From positions 1-30,914 of the IMG/VR virus record IMGVR_UViG_3300037847_004857: a DNA stretch of 30,914 nt, one strand, 5' to 3'. How positions within the stretch are numbered: position 1 is the stretch's first letter; every line of letters starts with the position of its first letter. Both the position numbers and the translations under genes were made by a program. The DNA comes from a virus. Taxonomy: Duplodnaviria; Caudoviricetes. Shown one piece after another: positions 17,895 through 28,230 of the stretch. Under the pieces are notes generated by a model. That model was not told the origin of the DNA. It saw nothing but the letters and a program-made list of their open reading frames with translations, and did no database searches.

Positions 17895-18560
17895 TCACAT
17901 ATAAAAACATTCTAATGATACTGACCATGATACATTTTGACATTTACCAGCAGTCGATTGTGCTGCTAATCCAATACTGTAACCACGAACTTGACTAGAT
18001 ATATCATCCAATACAAAACCATTTGTTGTTTGTACACCATCTATCAATATATCTAAACCAACCAATCCCTTACTTTCATATACCTGATGATGTACAATAC
18101 CGTCTGTAATATATTTAGCATTTAAAGTTGGAAATAGTTTTGTAACACCATCCGTTCCATCTGAATCAGATTCAGACTGATGTATCATTGACCATTGAAA
18201 AAATAATGTACAGGGACGTAAAATGTCAAATGTTATGTTTGTATACGGTATGTATGCTCTCGGTATTTTTGAACCACTCGCACCTGTTCTATCCGTCAAC
18301 CAACGAGAACAATAAGATAGATTGTTTAAAAAAGTACCGTTATTTCTACCACCAAATATACCTGATACATTTACAGATATATTGCCTGTTGGTTCATATC
18401 GACCTTCCATTATATGATGCGTGTCTATCCATTGACCTGTTGCAAAATCCGTACCTGATAGTTTGGCTTGTTTCTTCTGCATTGCATCAATATTGCTACG
18501 TACATCAGCAGCATTCGCTACCTCTGATGTTGCAAACGTTTTTGGAAATGTAATACTCAT
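17895..18560 (-). CDS. Putative tail protein (221 aa)
   Basis: N-terminal FPKTFATSEVANAADVRSNID anchor-like motif; beta-rich C-terminus. Confidence 0.6.
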   Translation of the reverse strand: MSITFPKTFATSEVANAADVRSNIDAMQKKQAKLSGTDFATGQWIDTHHIMEGRYEPTGNISVNVSGIFGGRNNGTFLNNLSYCSRWLTDRTGASGSKIPRAYIPYTNITFDILRPCTLFFQWSMIHQSESDSDGTDGVTKLFPTLNAKYITDGIVHHQVYESKGLVGLDILIDGVQTTNGFVLDDISSQVRGYSIGLAAQSTAGKCQNVSWSVSLECFYM

Positions 18561-19378
18561 TGTTCCCTCATTACCAAATATGCCATATAACTACGAGACA
18601 CAGTATTCGTTTGTACACCTGATGATGTTGTTAATAATCTCCAAGAGTTTTGTGCAACACCTGTTACAGAATCATACTTTTGATCCAACAACCCTCGTAT
18701 ACGCAAACGCAAACCATATATAACTATGTTGCTGTCTGGAGCATAAATCCAATCTCCATAACCTGTTGATGGATTGGGTGTACGTACTCGAGTTGATGAA
18801 TCATGATAAACCAATGCATGAGGAACAATCGTACATCCATACCCTTGAGATGTATGTGTACCATAAGATGTAATACTACCTGGACTTCCGGCAATCCCTT
18901 GTTCAAAATCTCCTTGATTGGGTACTGCTTCCCAACTACCACCAAAACTACTTTGATACTCCAACCATATTGCCCACACACAACCATTATTATCTTGCAC
19001 ATTGACTGGAGCAAGATCGTTTACAACTGTTTCATAATCAAACTGCCAATATACTCGTATCAAATCTGTTGTTGTTACAGGCTGCAATAGTGTCCAAGTT
19101 TGAATCGTTACTGGTGAATCAAAAGGTGAAGTTGTTGCTGTATTTGCTGATGCTGTTACTGGAGTTGTATTGTCATTACTATCTGCTGCAACCAATATAA
19201 TCCCGCTTTTTCCATGACCATTATTCAAATCGAACACAGGTTGATCAATACCTTCGTTTCGAACATTGTCTCCATCCATCGGGAATGCCGCATTTACTTC
19301 TGTAAACTGTTGATTCAACTGAGTTGATGTATAACTAGATCCCCTCTTTATTGGATCCGCATTGGTTATTCTGCTCAT
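18557..19378 (-). CDS. Putative tail protein (273 aa)
   Basis: Start re-assigned to 19378 (GGAG SD, ATGA overlap); GSSYTSTQLNQQF...GID motif. Confidence 0.6.
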   Translation of the reverse strand: MSRITNADPIKRGSSYTSTQLNQQFTEVNAAFPMDGDNVRNEGIDQPVFDLNNGHGKSGIILVAADSNDNTTPVTASANTATTSPFDSPVTIQTWTLLQPVTTTDLIRVYWQFDYETVVNDLAPVNVQDNNGCVWAIWLEYQSSFGGSWEAVPNQGDFEQGIAGSPGSITSYGTHTSQGYGCTIVPHALVYHDSSTRVRTPNPSTGYGDWIYAPDSNIVIYGLRLRIRGLLDQKYDSVTGVAQNSWRLLTTSSGVQTNTVSRSYMAYLVMREQ

Positions 19379-19989
19379 CTCCATCTCCCAATAAACATAT
19401 GCTGCATTGATAAAAGCGTAAATAAACATCTAGTGTTTTCTGTTGCACCCGCAGCTACAGACCTAGCTTGAACAGTTACTGTATTAGGTGATGCTGTGAT
19501 TGGAACATCACAAACCATTCGATATGTAACTGTAGCAAGAGACAACTTATATGCTGAACATACTTCTACACCATCAAACAATAATCGAATCGATGTTGAC
19601 TTTACATTCGTAAATGTATACTCAAGATTATTGTATACATGACATGAAAACTCCCAATGTAACATTCCATCTTTCATGTCAGACAATGTAAACTCATCTA
19701 CAGTTACCCATCCACCACCATATGTGTTGTATGTGATTCCTCTAAAATCACTCGCACCTGCAACAATCGATGTATCTTCTAAGGCTGTATTGTCACCACG
19801 ACGAAATATCTGAACATAATGTAGCGCCTTGTCCTTCTTATTGGCTTCATCAAATACATTCACTGGTGTCATGGTGCGATCAATACCACCATTCAAACTA
19901 CTCTTCTGTGTATTATATCCCTGATTAAACTGCTTATAATCGATTATCGCATTGTCACGAGGATATCCTTCTGTCCACTTCTTGCTCAT
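19375..19989 (-). CDS. Putative tail protein (204 aa)
   Basis: DNAIIDYKQFNQGY...LNGGID motif; ATGA overlap with nozzle gene. Confidence 0.6.
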   Translation of the reverse strand: MSKKWTEGYPRDNAIIDYKQFNQGYNTQKSSLNGGIDRTMTPVNVFDEANKKDKALHYVQIFRRGDNTALEDTSIVAGASDFRGITYNTYGGGWVTVDEFTLSDMKDGMLHWEFSCHVYNNLEYTFTNVKSTSIRLLFDGVEVCSAYKLSLATVTYRMVCDVPITASPNTVTVQARSVAAGATENTRCLFTLLSMQHMFIGRWR

Positions 19990-22076
19990 AACTTCTTACC
20001 TTTTATGATTCGTGTGCCAGCTGCTGTATAATCTATCGCATATCCAATCACATGCATGTCTGCTGTTGTTTCTATCATAAACTGAAACCAGCTACAGGCT
20101 TTTGTATATATGTCATATCGCAACATTGTAATCAATGGCTCTTGCCAACTTGCTCCACTATCCAACTGTGCAACATTGTACACAGGTTGGTCTGCAATGT
20201 CAGCTGGTTGTTGACGCAAAGCTTGAGATGTATGCTGTGTTGTATAATCGTAATCAGTAAAAAACTTCAATGGTATGTCTTGATCCCCACCTGTAGCCAA
20301 GTAAATATACACACCATGTATCTTCTTCTTAAGCGATGCATCACCCATATCCAACCATGCTGATCGAAGAATCGATGTCGGTGCATTCAAATCTACAATC
20401 GCATCTTCACGTTTTGTCTGACCTGTACATCGACGATGAGACAATACCATAATACCATGCTGATTAGTTGAAGATGGCGCAGCATCGGACATACCAAAAA
20501 GAACATCACCCGTTGCATTTACAATCATTTGACCCATCGGAAAGTCTCTCGTTGACCAACTTTGTTTATCTGTATGATACACCAAAACCATATTGTTTAC
20601 AGGACTACCATCTACAGGAAACGAAAAGATTAACTCTCGCCTCTTTTTGCTGTATACACCCGATGCTTTTGCCAATGCATCAACATTGACGCGTCGAAAC
20701 AAATCACGTAAATGAGGTGTAACATTTTGTACATTGGGGCTATCGCTGTAATCCAAGTTTATATTTACGCTGTACACACCATCATACGATAAAAATACTA
20801 CACCAAGACCTGGGACCGACACAATCGTATTTGTTGCAATCGTACCAATATACTGAGACAAACTTGCTGATGAAAAGTTTGGATAATCACCTTGCAATAT
20901 ATCAATACTCTTCTCTCGGAAAATCAACAAATGAGAAAAGTATGAGTATAATCCTGTAAGACCACCACCCTGTCTATGGCCTAGTGTGATAAAAGAAAAT
21001 GCTCCAAACTGGTCTGGTCTTGCAGGATTAGAAAAATATAACGTCAAGTCCTCATCACGACCACCATCAAGAAACAAACAATCTTTGTATACACCAACAA
21101 ATCTTGCCTTTCTAGCCGGCATTACAATAGAGTTGTTTTCTAATGGAGCCTGAGAACCCAATGCTGTATCCGGTATATCATCTATAAATATATCATCTCG
21201 ATTATTGGGAACTTCAGCAACAAAATAATACGTCAACGAATCATTGCCTGCATCATCTGAAAAGTTTTTTGTACGATATATTCTACGTGCAACAACATCT
21301 TCATTGCCTGTTGGTATATCAACATTTATTGCATATCGATATTTTTGTGTAGGCGTAGTCCATGATATGGTATTTGAAAAAGAAGATAAAGGACCCTCAG
21401 AACCCGCTGTATTTACAAAAGAGATTCTATATCGATATTTATTTTCTTTGGTACTAGTTGGTATTCCAAGGCCTTTATCTTTAAAATCAGTTTGAGGAGT
21501 AGAAGCTGGAAAAAAAAATACACTGATTTTATCTCCATCTGTCGAAGTCGATGATGGATCTGTCTCTACTCCCCATACAACTGGAGCGGATGGCAATGAA
21601 TCAAAACCCAATGGCAACTCAACCAAATAGTTTGTTGTATAACTTGTACACGGCCACAAATGACTTTTGGCTGGTCTATTGTATCCATTGACATAAATAA
21701 TGTATCTTCCAAACTGAGCATACTGTGTACCCACTTCTGACACCAGTGGCTGTACTCTTGCTGTCGATAGCTCTTGTTTTTTTAATGGGCCAGTAAAATC
21801 ATTCAGCTGGTACAACACACCCGACTGCTCAAACAATATACTGTCTTGAGCTCCTTGGTGACGCTGCACATAAAACATGCTATCAATCACACTCGTCAAA
21901 AATGGATCCCAATCATTCGCATTGACATCATACTTTTCCCAACCAAGACGATTTACCCAACCACCTGTAACTGGATCAACAGCCCAGTTTTCTAACTCAA
22001 ATACACCAGATGGAGGTTGAGGAACCTGCTGAAACAATCCCTTCAGATCGATTATTTGTATATGAGTATCTTTCAT
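19986..22076 (-). CDS. Tail nozzle / tubular protein B-like (P22 gp10, T7 gp12 analogue)
   Basis: 696 aa beta-rich; LYFSNPARPDQF, GTIATNTIV...VVFLSYDGVY, LRSAWLDMGDASLKKKI patterns; follows the adaptor. Confidence 0.75.
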   Translation of the reverse strand: MKDTHIQIIDLKGLFQQVPQPPSGVFELENWAVDPVTGGWVNRLGWEKYDVNANDWDPFLTSVIDSMFYVQRHQGAQDSILFEQSGVLYQLNDFTGPLKKQELSTARVQPLVSEVGTQYAQFGRYIIYVNGYNRPAKSHLWPCTSYTTNYLVELPLGFDSLPSAPVVWGVETDPSSTSTDGDKISVFFFPASTPQTDFKDKGLGIPTSTKENKYRYRISFVNTAGSEGPLSSFSNTISWTTPTQKYRYAINVDIPTGNEDVVARRIYRTKNFSDDAGNDSLTYYFVAEVPNNRDDIFIDDIPDTALGSQAPLENNSIVMPARKARFVGVYKDCLFLDGGRDEDLTLYFSNPARPDQFGAFSFITLGHRQGGGLTGLYSYFSHLLIFREKSIDILQGDYPNFSSASLSQYIGTIATNTIVSVPGLGVVFLSYDGVYSVNINLDYSDSPNVQNVTPHLRDLFRRVNVDALAKASGVYSKKRRELIFSFPVDGSPVNNMVLVYHTDKQSWSTRDFPMGQMIVNATGDVLFGMSDAAPSSTNQHGIMVLSHRRCTGQTKREDAIVDLNAPTSILRSAWLDMGDASLKKKIHGVYIYLATGGDQDIPLKFFTDYDYTTQHTSQALRQQPADIADQPVYNVAQLDSGASWQEPLITMLRYDIYTKACSWFQFMIETTADMHVIGYAIDYTAAGTRIIKGKKL

Positions 22077-23374
22077 TACAACCTCTTAAGCGGTGTCCAC
22101 ATTGGTACTGTATCAACACCACTTTCTTGCATGTAACCTTTTACCCAACGCCTAGGCTTTTGTGTCAAGAATCGTTGCTCCAACTTTATAATCTCTTCCA
22201 AATACTTTGCTCGATATATACGACTCATTTGTGCATTGTCGTGCTTATTAAAAATATCCATCAAAGATCCGTAAGCCAACACAAGATGATGACTTTGCGG
22301 TAGGTCTGGAGTATCAGTATCCTCTTGCAATCTTGCAGGTCGATATATGTAACGCACCGATAGCTCATAGTCCGTACTTTGTCTAGGATATAAACGAATC
22401 CTTTGAACATATCCATCCGTATATGTATACCTAGGATTATTTAATACAAAACTACCATTCTCAAAGTCAGACTGCGTAAAATCTATGTTTTCTGATAAAG
22501 ATGCAGAAACATCTTTTAATGTACCAACTTGATACACTCCATCAAACTGAGGTGTTGTTGCTGCATTCTTTATGTAAAATCGTCTAGCGTATCCTACCTT
22601 TGTTAAATCCAACGAAGATGTCAATGTCATTCGTTGCGCATCAGTAAATGTGATTGGTTCCGAAAATGGAGACAACCCAGATTCCAACTCTGTAGCCTGA
22701 CCATTGGCTGGATACTTTACATATGTATATGCCAATCGTACAGTTCTGGTTCCCTGACCTGCTGATGTAGCTGTTGCTGTTGGTGTCAATACAATCGGTG
22801 GTGCAGATACATATTCTGAATCCTGCATAATCCAGTAGTTCGGAATGTTTACCTCATCCAACGGAAGATTGTAGTACTCATCTTCATACCTAGTCAATGG
22901 TATATATCGACCCACAGCTGTAGGAGAAATGCTCATACTACGTTTGCCAACCTGCAATATCGATACGCAATCTTTTGGTAAACGTATATATCTTTGTTTA
23001 AACTTTACTGGTTGTCCAATAAAAGCAAAACTTCCTTCTATAAATACAGTGATTGCTGATGCCTTATATATAACATCATGCTCAACACCATCTATTTCTA
23101 TAATGTTACCTTCAACCCAATCAGGTATCGAAGGATTTATTACAATCTGAGTTAATCCTGCAATGACACCTGTAACACCTGATGCTGTATATTCCGCATC
23201 AGTATATATCGGTATCTTTACTTCTTTCTGTGCAAAAGTAAAAGGCTTCTCCGAGAACAACATACGATAGGTTTCGTTGATTACATTGTCAACCTGGGCA
23301 GAATAATCCCTATTTACATTGGGATCATAGTCTGTAATATTTGCAATGTATTCTCTTATCTCACGTAGATTCAT
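22076..23374 (-). CDS. Head-tail adaptor (tubular protein A-like) with internal insertions
   Basis: N-term MNLREIREYI...INE; RLPKDC; C-term IRLYPR...YIYRPARL.EDTDTPDLPQSHHLVLAYG. Confidence 0.7.
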   Translation of the reverse strand: MNLREIREYIANITDYDPNVNRDYSAQVDNVINETYRMLFSEKPFTFAQKEVKIPIYTDAEYTASGVTGVIAGLTQIVINPSIPDWVEGNIIEIDGVEHDVIYKASAITVFIEGSFAFIGQPVKFKQRYIRLPKDCVSILQVGKRSMSISPTAVGRYIPLTRYEDEYYNLPLDEVNIPNYWIMQDSEYVSAPPIVLTPTATATSAGQGTRTVRLAYTYVKYPANGQATELESGLSPFSEPITFTDAQRMTLTSSLDLTKVGYARRFYIKNAATTPQFDGVYQVGTLKDVSASLSENIDFTQSDFENGSFVLNNPRYTYTDGYVQRIRLYPRQSTDYELSVRYIYRPARLQEDTDTPDLPQSHHLVLAYGSLMDIFNKHDNAQMSRIYRAKYLEEIIKLEQRFLTQKPRRWVKGYMQESGVDTVPMWTPLKRL

Positions 23375-23387
23375 AATGCCATCCTAT

Positions 23388-23418
23388 AAAAATGGGGGCG
23401 AACAATCTCACCCCCATT
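23388..23418 (-). terminator. Rho-independent terminator after capsid and cement genes
   Basis: Minus strand AATGGGGGTGA-GATTGT-TCGCCCCCATT running into a T5 tract. Confidence 0.7.
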
Positions 23419-23437
23419 CAGAGAGAAACCTTATGGT

Positions 23438-23932
23438 TTAAAAGTTTGGAAGTACGTATACTGTAGCAGCGTTGCCAGATTCAGCAGACACAGCAATCGC
23501 AACAATATGTTGTTGTTGTACTTTTGTTCCTGCACCTGCTCCACCTGTAACAGTAAGAAACTCAGGAGCAACTTCCGCACGTCCACCAGTAGATGATGCA
23601 ACAAGTCGATCTGCTTGAGCAACACCAGTAGCAACGTTTGCAGAAATCATTCCACGAACGCAAATACGAATGTTGTCACCCGCAGCCGCAGCAGCAGCAA
23701 TCGCAACACCAACACACAATGATGTAATAGTAGCACCAGAGTTCAGCTTCTTGACATGCAATGCTTTGTCACTATCGTCTGATTTACTCAGATCAAGAGT
23801 AACAAAATCACCAGCTGCAATCGCTTCGGATGCAATAAATACTTCTTCAATACGACGGTCTGATGCATTTACAGAAGAACCTGTTGTATCAGCAGCAGCG
23901 TCTAGTCTTTGTAGTAAGTTTTGAGTAGCCAT
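23438..23932 (-). CDS. Capsid cement/decoration protein (DUF2190-like)
   Basis: FIASEAIAAGDFV...VGVAIAAAAAAGDNIRICVRG...GDRL-like repeat pattern; directly after MCP. Confidence 0.75.
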   Translation of the reverse strand: MATQNLLQRLDAAADTTGSSVNASDRRIEEVFIASEAIAAGDFVTLDLSKSDDSDKALHVKKLNSGATITSLCVGVAIAAAAAAGDNIRICVRGMISANVATGVAQADRLVASSTGGRAEVAPEFLTVTGGAGAGTKVQQQHIVAIAVSAESGNAATVYVLPNF

Positions 23933-23941
23933 GATTTACCT

Positions 23942-25066
23942 CTAGTTAATGGTTGCAAATGCGTTAATAAGAATACCATGTCCGCTCAAGTTCGCTGTAG
24001 CCAACTGTGTGCGGGTCATGATGTGAGCAGCCATAGCCGCATATCCAGAGATACGTTCAAACTCGCTCATCTCAAAATAAGCATCTTTGTCAAAGTACAA
24101 TGAAAGAAGTTTGCTGTTCAAGAACATCGCATCAATAGTTCCATTGTTTGCTCCATCAGTTTGGTATTGTGTTGCAGCACCGCCAAATACTATATCAACA
24201 CCATCCATATCTTTAGCATTTCCTGTTCCAAGAGTTGCTTGTGTAAATGTATTACCAAGATTAGGCTCAACATATACTTTTGCACCATTGAACATCAGTC
24301 CCAGCTTACCAGCCATGTCACGTTGCTCTTGCAAAGAAGTGTAACGCTCTTGGTTGAAAAGACTGTTCTTGTATAGCTCATAACAACGAGGTGACATAAG
24401 AATAATGTCAACTTCTCCTTCAGGAGCATATACTTGTGTATCAATGTACAACTTACTCATCGCTCGGAAAAGACGAGTTGCTTGATCAGTTACACTAGGA
24501 AACGCTGATGGACAATCTACATATTGATTTTGGAATGTAGTTGTGTAAGTAGCTTTATTAAGATTACCTACCAAACCAGCTTGTTGTCCAAAAGGTTGTA
24601 AACCAAACCATCCAGTTGAAACAGTTGGAGACAATGTTTCAAGTTCAGTCAAAGATGTAGAGTCACCTTGAACGATTTGCTTACAGAACTCTCGTTGAAG
24701 CATACCCATAACGGACTTCAAACGCGCTTCAGCAATGTTGATTACTGCACGGTCGCCCTTGTTGGACAGTTGTTCTTTTTCAGTGATTACGACTGGAGCA
24801 GCAAAGTCACACCAGTTGTATTCAGTTTGGCGAAGGGGATCTTTTACAGCAAGATTGATTGACTCGTATCCACTGGACAACTGAGTAATCATGCTGTGTT
24901 CAGTCATGATAGCTGGGCAGTTTACCTTGCTACCACCATCACTCTCGATAACAGCTCCGTGTGAACGAATCGCATCAAGAATGGGAATGTTTTTAAATGT
25001 ATTGTCTACCTCACGATCTTTTAAGATACGCAGGGTCGACGCTAGTATGTCTGGTTGAATGGGCAT
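23942..25066 (-). CDS. Major capsid protein (HK97 fold inferred)
   Basis: 374 aa, strong AGGAGG SD, follows scaffold; ILASTL...DN.F...PIL...GG N-terminus and GLMFNGAKV, MFLNSKLL patterns of podovirus MCPs. Confidence 0.88.
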   Translation of the reverse strand: MPIQPDILASTLRILKDREVDNTFKNIPILDAIRSHGAVIESDGGSKVNCPAIMTEHSMITQLSSGYESINLAVKDPLRQTEYNWCDFAAPVVITEKEQLSNKGDRAVINIAEARLKSVMGMLQREFCKQIVQGDSTSLTELETLSPTVSTGWFGLQPFGQQAGLVGNLNKATYTTTFQNQYVDCPSAFPSVTDQATRLFRAMSKLYIDTQVYAPEGEVDIILMSPRCYELYKNSLFNQERYTSLQEQRDMAGKLGLMFNGAKVYVEPNLGNTFTQATLGTGNAKDMDGVDIVFGGAATQYQTDGANNGTIDAMFLNSKLLSLYFDKDAYFEMSEFERISGYAAMAAHIMTRTQLATANLSGHGILINAFATIN

Positions 25067-25178
25067 TGAAGCCTCCTACGTTTGAGTTTTACTATCGCTC
25101 TCGTATCCTCGTGAGGGGAGATGGCTTAGACGTATCCATATGGGTTCCTTGCCTTGCGACTATGATAAGTGTATAACA

Positions 25179-26048
25179 TTATTTCTTCTGTTTCAACAGA
25201 TGATTGTATAAATCTGATGCTGACATCTTGTCACTATTTTTTGGAATAGTGATACCTTTGTGTTGTCCTGTGCCAACCTTTAGCCCCGCAGCCTGTGCAG
25301 CTTGCTGAAATGCCAACTGTTGCATTTGTTGACGCTCTGCCGTTTGATGCGATTGTTGACCCTTTACAATCCAGTATGCATCTTGTAGTGTCAGGTTTTC
25401 ATTTGCCAACAATGTTTTGCGAACCTCACCTTTAAAAAACTCATCCGTTTGTAACTCTGGATGTTGTGTCATAAATGATTGTACCTTGGCTTGAGCTTGA
25501 GCTTTCATTTGTTGCTCAGCCATTGGCTGCAATACCGATTGCAATCTCTCTGCAACAATACGATTTACGTACCGCTCAAAAGACTGTGTATCGTATGGAT
25601 CAAACTCTCCTGTCTCTGCTTGAGCAGCTTCTTGAATCGCTTTGTATGCAGCGTTGTCCTCAAGGTTCATTCGAAGTGCCGACAACTTCTCTTGCTCTGC
25701 TTGAATCGCTTTGCGTTGCTCTGCCAACTCTTGTGTCTTTTGCGTATAGTTTTTACGCAATGATGCCATTGCTCGCTGTGCACTTTCTGGAACCTGGTCA
25801 TATATATTGTCCCATGATTCTCCTTCACGCAAAGTCTCTGGTTCTGGTGCTGGCTTTCCTTCTTTTTCAGCATTGTAACGCTGCAACAACTGATCTACTT
25901 GACGATCATAATCGTCTTTGTATCTATCTAAAGATTGTCTTGATACATCTTCAGTTGGTGTTTCTTCTACTGGAGAGACTTCTGCGGAAGTGTCCTCTAC
26001 AGTATTTTCAGGGGTTTGTACTTCTGTTGTGTTGTTTTCTTCTGACAT
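25179..26048 (-). CDS. Capsid scaffolding protein
   Basis: Acidic disordered N-terminus and NYTQKTQELAEQRK coiled-coil motif; start re-assigned to 26048 (AGGA SD). Confidence 0.8.
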   Translation of the reverse strand: MSEENNTTEVQTPENTVEDTSAEVSPVEETPTEDVSRQSLDRYKDDYDRQVDQLLQRYNAEKEGKPAPEPETLREGESWDNIYDQVPESAQRAMASLRKNYTQKTQELAEQRKAIQAEQEKLSALRMNLEDNAAYKAIQEAAQAETGEFDPYDTQSFERYVNRIVAERLQSVLQPMAEQQMKAQAQAKVQSFMTQHPELQTDEFFKGEVRKTLLANENLTLQDAYWIVKGQQSHQTAERQQMQQLAFQQAAQAAGLKVGTGQHKGITIPKNSDKMSASDLYNHLLKQKK

Positions 26049-26049
26049 A

Positions 26050-26538
26050 TTACATCCTACTTGCAAATAGTTCTTCGTCTGTCATCTCTCCACCTTCGGG
26101 AGTTTCGACTTGTTCTTCCACTGCAACTTCTTCAACAGGCTCTGCCGCTTGTTCTTCCGCTGCCTCAAGGAAATCTATAAACTTCTTGTCTGATACTGCT
26201 CTCTTGATCAATGCTACCAGTCGTGCAACATCTTGATCCGATTCTACATCTGACAATGACATATCAACCGCTACACCTGCTTGCTCTGCAATCGCCATAA
26301 TCGCCATCACAACCTGTACCAACTCTTGAGGAAAGGCTTGCATGTCTGATACCTCAATCTCCAATGCGGGTTGGTTCATGCGCTGCATAAACTTGTTCAC
26401 CTCATCCAACAATGCTTTCATTGCTTGACTAGAAAACTGGCCTTGTGGTATCATCATCTGCATACCTTGAGCCTGCGCTTCATCCATTCCTGCACCAATC
26501 TGTTCGGCTTGCATACTTAAATCTTGTGGTATTGACAT
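26050..26538 (-). CDS. Acidic hypothetical protein between portal and scaffold
   Basis: GGAG SD; Glu/Gln/Met-rich helical 162 aa. Confidence 0.75.
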   Translation of the reverse strand: MSIPQDLSMQAEQIGAGMDEAQAQGMQMMIPQGQFSSQAMKALLDEVNKFMQRMNQPALEIEVSDMQAFPQELVQVVMAIMAIAEQAGVAVDMSLSDVESDQDVARLVALIKRAVSDKKFIDFLEAAEEQAAEPVEEVAVEEQVETPEGGEMTDEELFASRM

Positions 26539-26547
26539 TTTATACTC

Positions 26548-28230
26548 CTATAAAACTTTTGCTACTTGTTGAGGACTACCTTGTACACCCTGCTCGATTG
26601 TTGCAGTCGCACTCGGTTGATTCTGTGGTTGTTGTATTTCTTGTCCACCTTCAATGGGAGACGATAAAAAATCTTCTGGTAAATCTAGTTTGCGCACCAA
26701 CTCTTCCAGTACCTTCTCTTGTGGCACACCCAGCTGCAATAATAGATTAACTGCTTGAAAAAACTCTTGTTTCTTTACACTTTCTGATACAGGTGTACTC
26801 CCTGCGTCTAGCGCATAAAACGCAAAATCACCAGACATATCTTCACTTCGTACAACTTCTGAACGACCATTCAGTACAATCACATCCGCATCATCTTTCA
26901 AAAAGATCTTCATCATAGCAATGTATACCGATGCTGTATGCTCAATCATTGCATCACGTTCTCGAGCAAGACGACCAATCTCACTACTACTATAGGATGC
27001 CAACGCTGTAACCTCAGTCGCTGTCGCTCGTGTTGCTTGACCTCTGGTAAACGGAGCCAATACACTACCACGTTGAAAATCCTCATTCACTTGGTTAATG
27101 TATGTTTCCAACTCCGTAGGAACTTGGGTATGCGGCACAGCTTGGATACTTCCCTCCAAACTCTGACCCATCGATAGCTCAGCCTCCACATATTCTCCAT
27201 CCGCACCCAGAGCAAGTTTGGCCATATCTTCATCTGAAAATACACCCTTCTTGACAATCCATTGCCGTGCCGCTCTCCTTACCATCGTTGCCTGATACGT
27301 ACGGATTATGTTAGTCTCTTCGACCTGTGAGTACACACGTTTCAACGCGCTATATCCACGCAAAGGTACATCAGGCTGTCGACTAAAGTACAACGGTATA
27401 ATCGGTGCAATCGGATGATCCGCACTGTCAGTAAAAGGTATCTGATCAAACTTCGTAGTCTGACCGTCTACACCTACATCAACCTCTACACCATCGTACA
27501 AAAACTTCTCACCATTCGCATAGTCAGGTGACCACACCAACATCTTGTTGTTTACCAAATCATAATACTCAACCACCTGTACATACTCAAATGGACTATC
27601 CACTTCAAATCCTGAATCGTTCAACTCACTCAGGTTTATTCCAAGGTAACTGGCATTTTGATCATCATTGTTATCGTAGTCTAAGAACCGCACCAACTGA
27701 TGTGTTGTATATCTTTTGTTTCCATACTTGGCTTTTGCTTCTTCGTGTGTAATATAGTATCGATGTCCCACATACTTTTGTTGTGCCCAGCTCGCTGCAT
27801 CTACATCAACAATACAGTCCCATGCTGCGATTGCAGAACATGATACACGTTTAAATGGATCCGGATGCTCACTGCCATATAGCTTTAAAAATGCACAGGG
27901 ATATATCAAAGCCAATCGACTTACGTCCTCAATCTGACTACGTACATTGTCAAGGAAAGCATTACACAATGCCTGTACCTTTTCAGGATTACCCTTCCCT
28001 CTTACATCACCCTTCACAATAACTGCTGGATTGCGAGAAAATAAACTAGCTATGTATCCTTCAATGTACTCATACGCTCTTGTTGTTTCAATCAAAACCT
28101 GATTCGAACCATAGTCATTGTCCCAATATTGCGTCATGTATGCAGATCGATACTTACGTAACTCTCGCTTCTGACGTGCCCAATACTCTTCGTGTCGTCT
28201 ATACAATGCTTCCGCTACTTTTGGTTTCAT
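26548..28230 (-). CDS. Portal protein
   Basis: 560 aa directly after TerL; SLFSRNP, TRATATEV motif, Gln-rich C-tail typical of P22-like portals. Confidence 0.88.
   Translation of the reverse strand: MKPKVAEALYRRHEEYWARQKRELRKYRSAYMTQYWDNDYGSNQVLIETTRAYEYIEGYIASLFSRNPAVIVKGDVRGKGNPEKVQALCNAFLDNVRSQIEDVSRLALIYPCAFLKLYGSEHPDPFKRVSCSAIAAWDCIVDVDAASWAQQKYVGHRYYITHEEAKAKYGNKRYTTHQLVRFLDYDNNDDQNASYLGINLSELNDSGFEVDSPFEYVQVVEYYDLVNNKMLVWSPDYANGEKFLYDGVEVDVGVDGQTTKFDQIPFTDSADHPIAPIIPLYFSRQPDVPLRGYSALKRVYSQVEETNIIRTYQATMVRRAARQWIVKKGVFSDEDMAKLALGADGEYVEAELSMGQSLEGSIQAVPHTQVPTELETYINQVNEDFQRGSVLAPFTRGQATRATATEVTALASYSSSEIGRLARERDAMIEHTASVYIAMMKIFLKDDADVIVLNGRSEVVRSEDMSGDFAFYALDAGSTPVSESVKKQEFFQAVNLLLQLGVPQEKVLEELVRKLDLPEDFLSSPIEGGQEIQQPQNQPSATATIEQGVQGSPQQVAKVL

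Noticed and set aside
23930-23945. Read-through fusion of capsid to cement protein (same frame)
   Set aside because: TAG is followed two codons later by in-frame TAA, and no slippery site is evident
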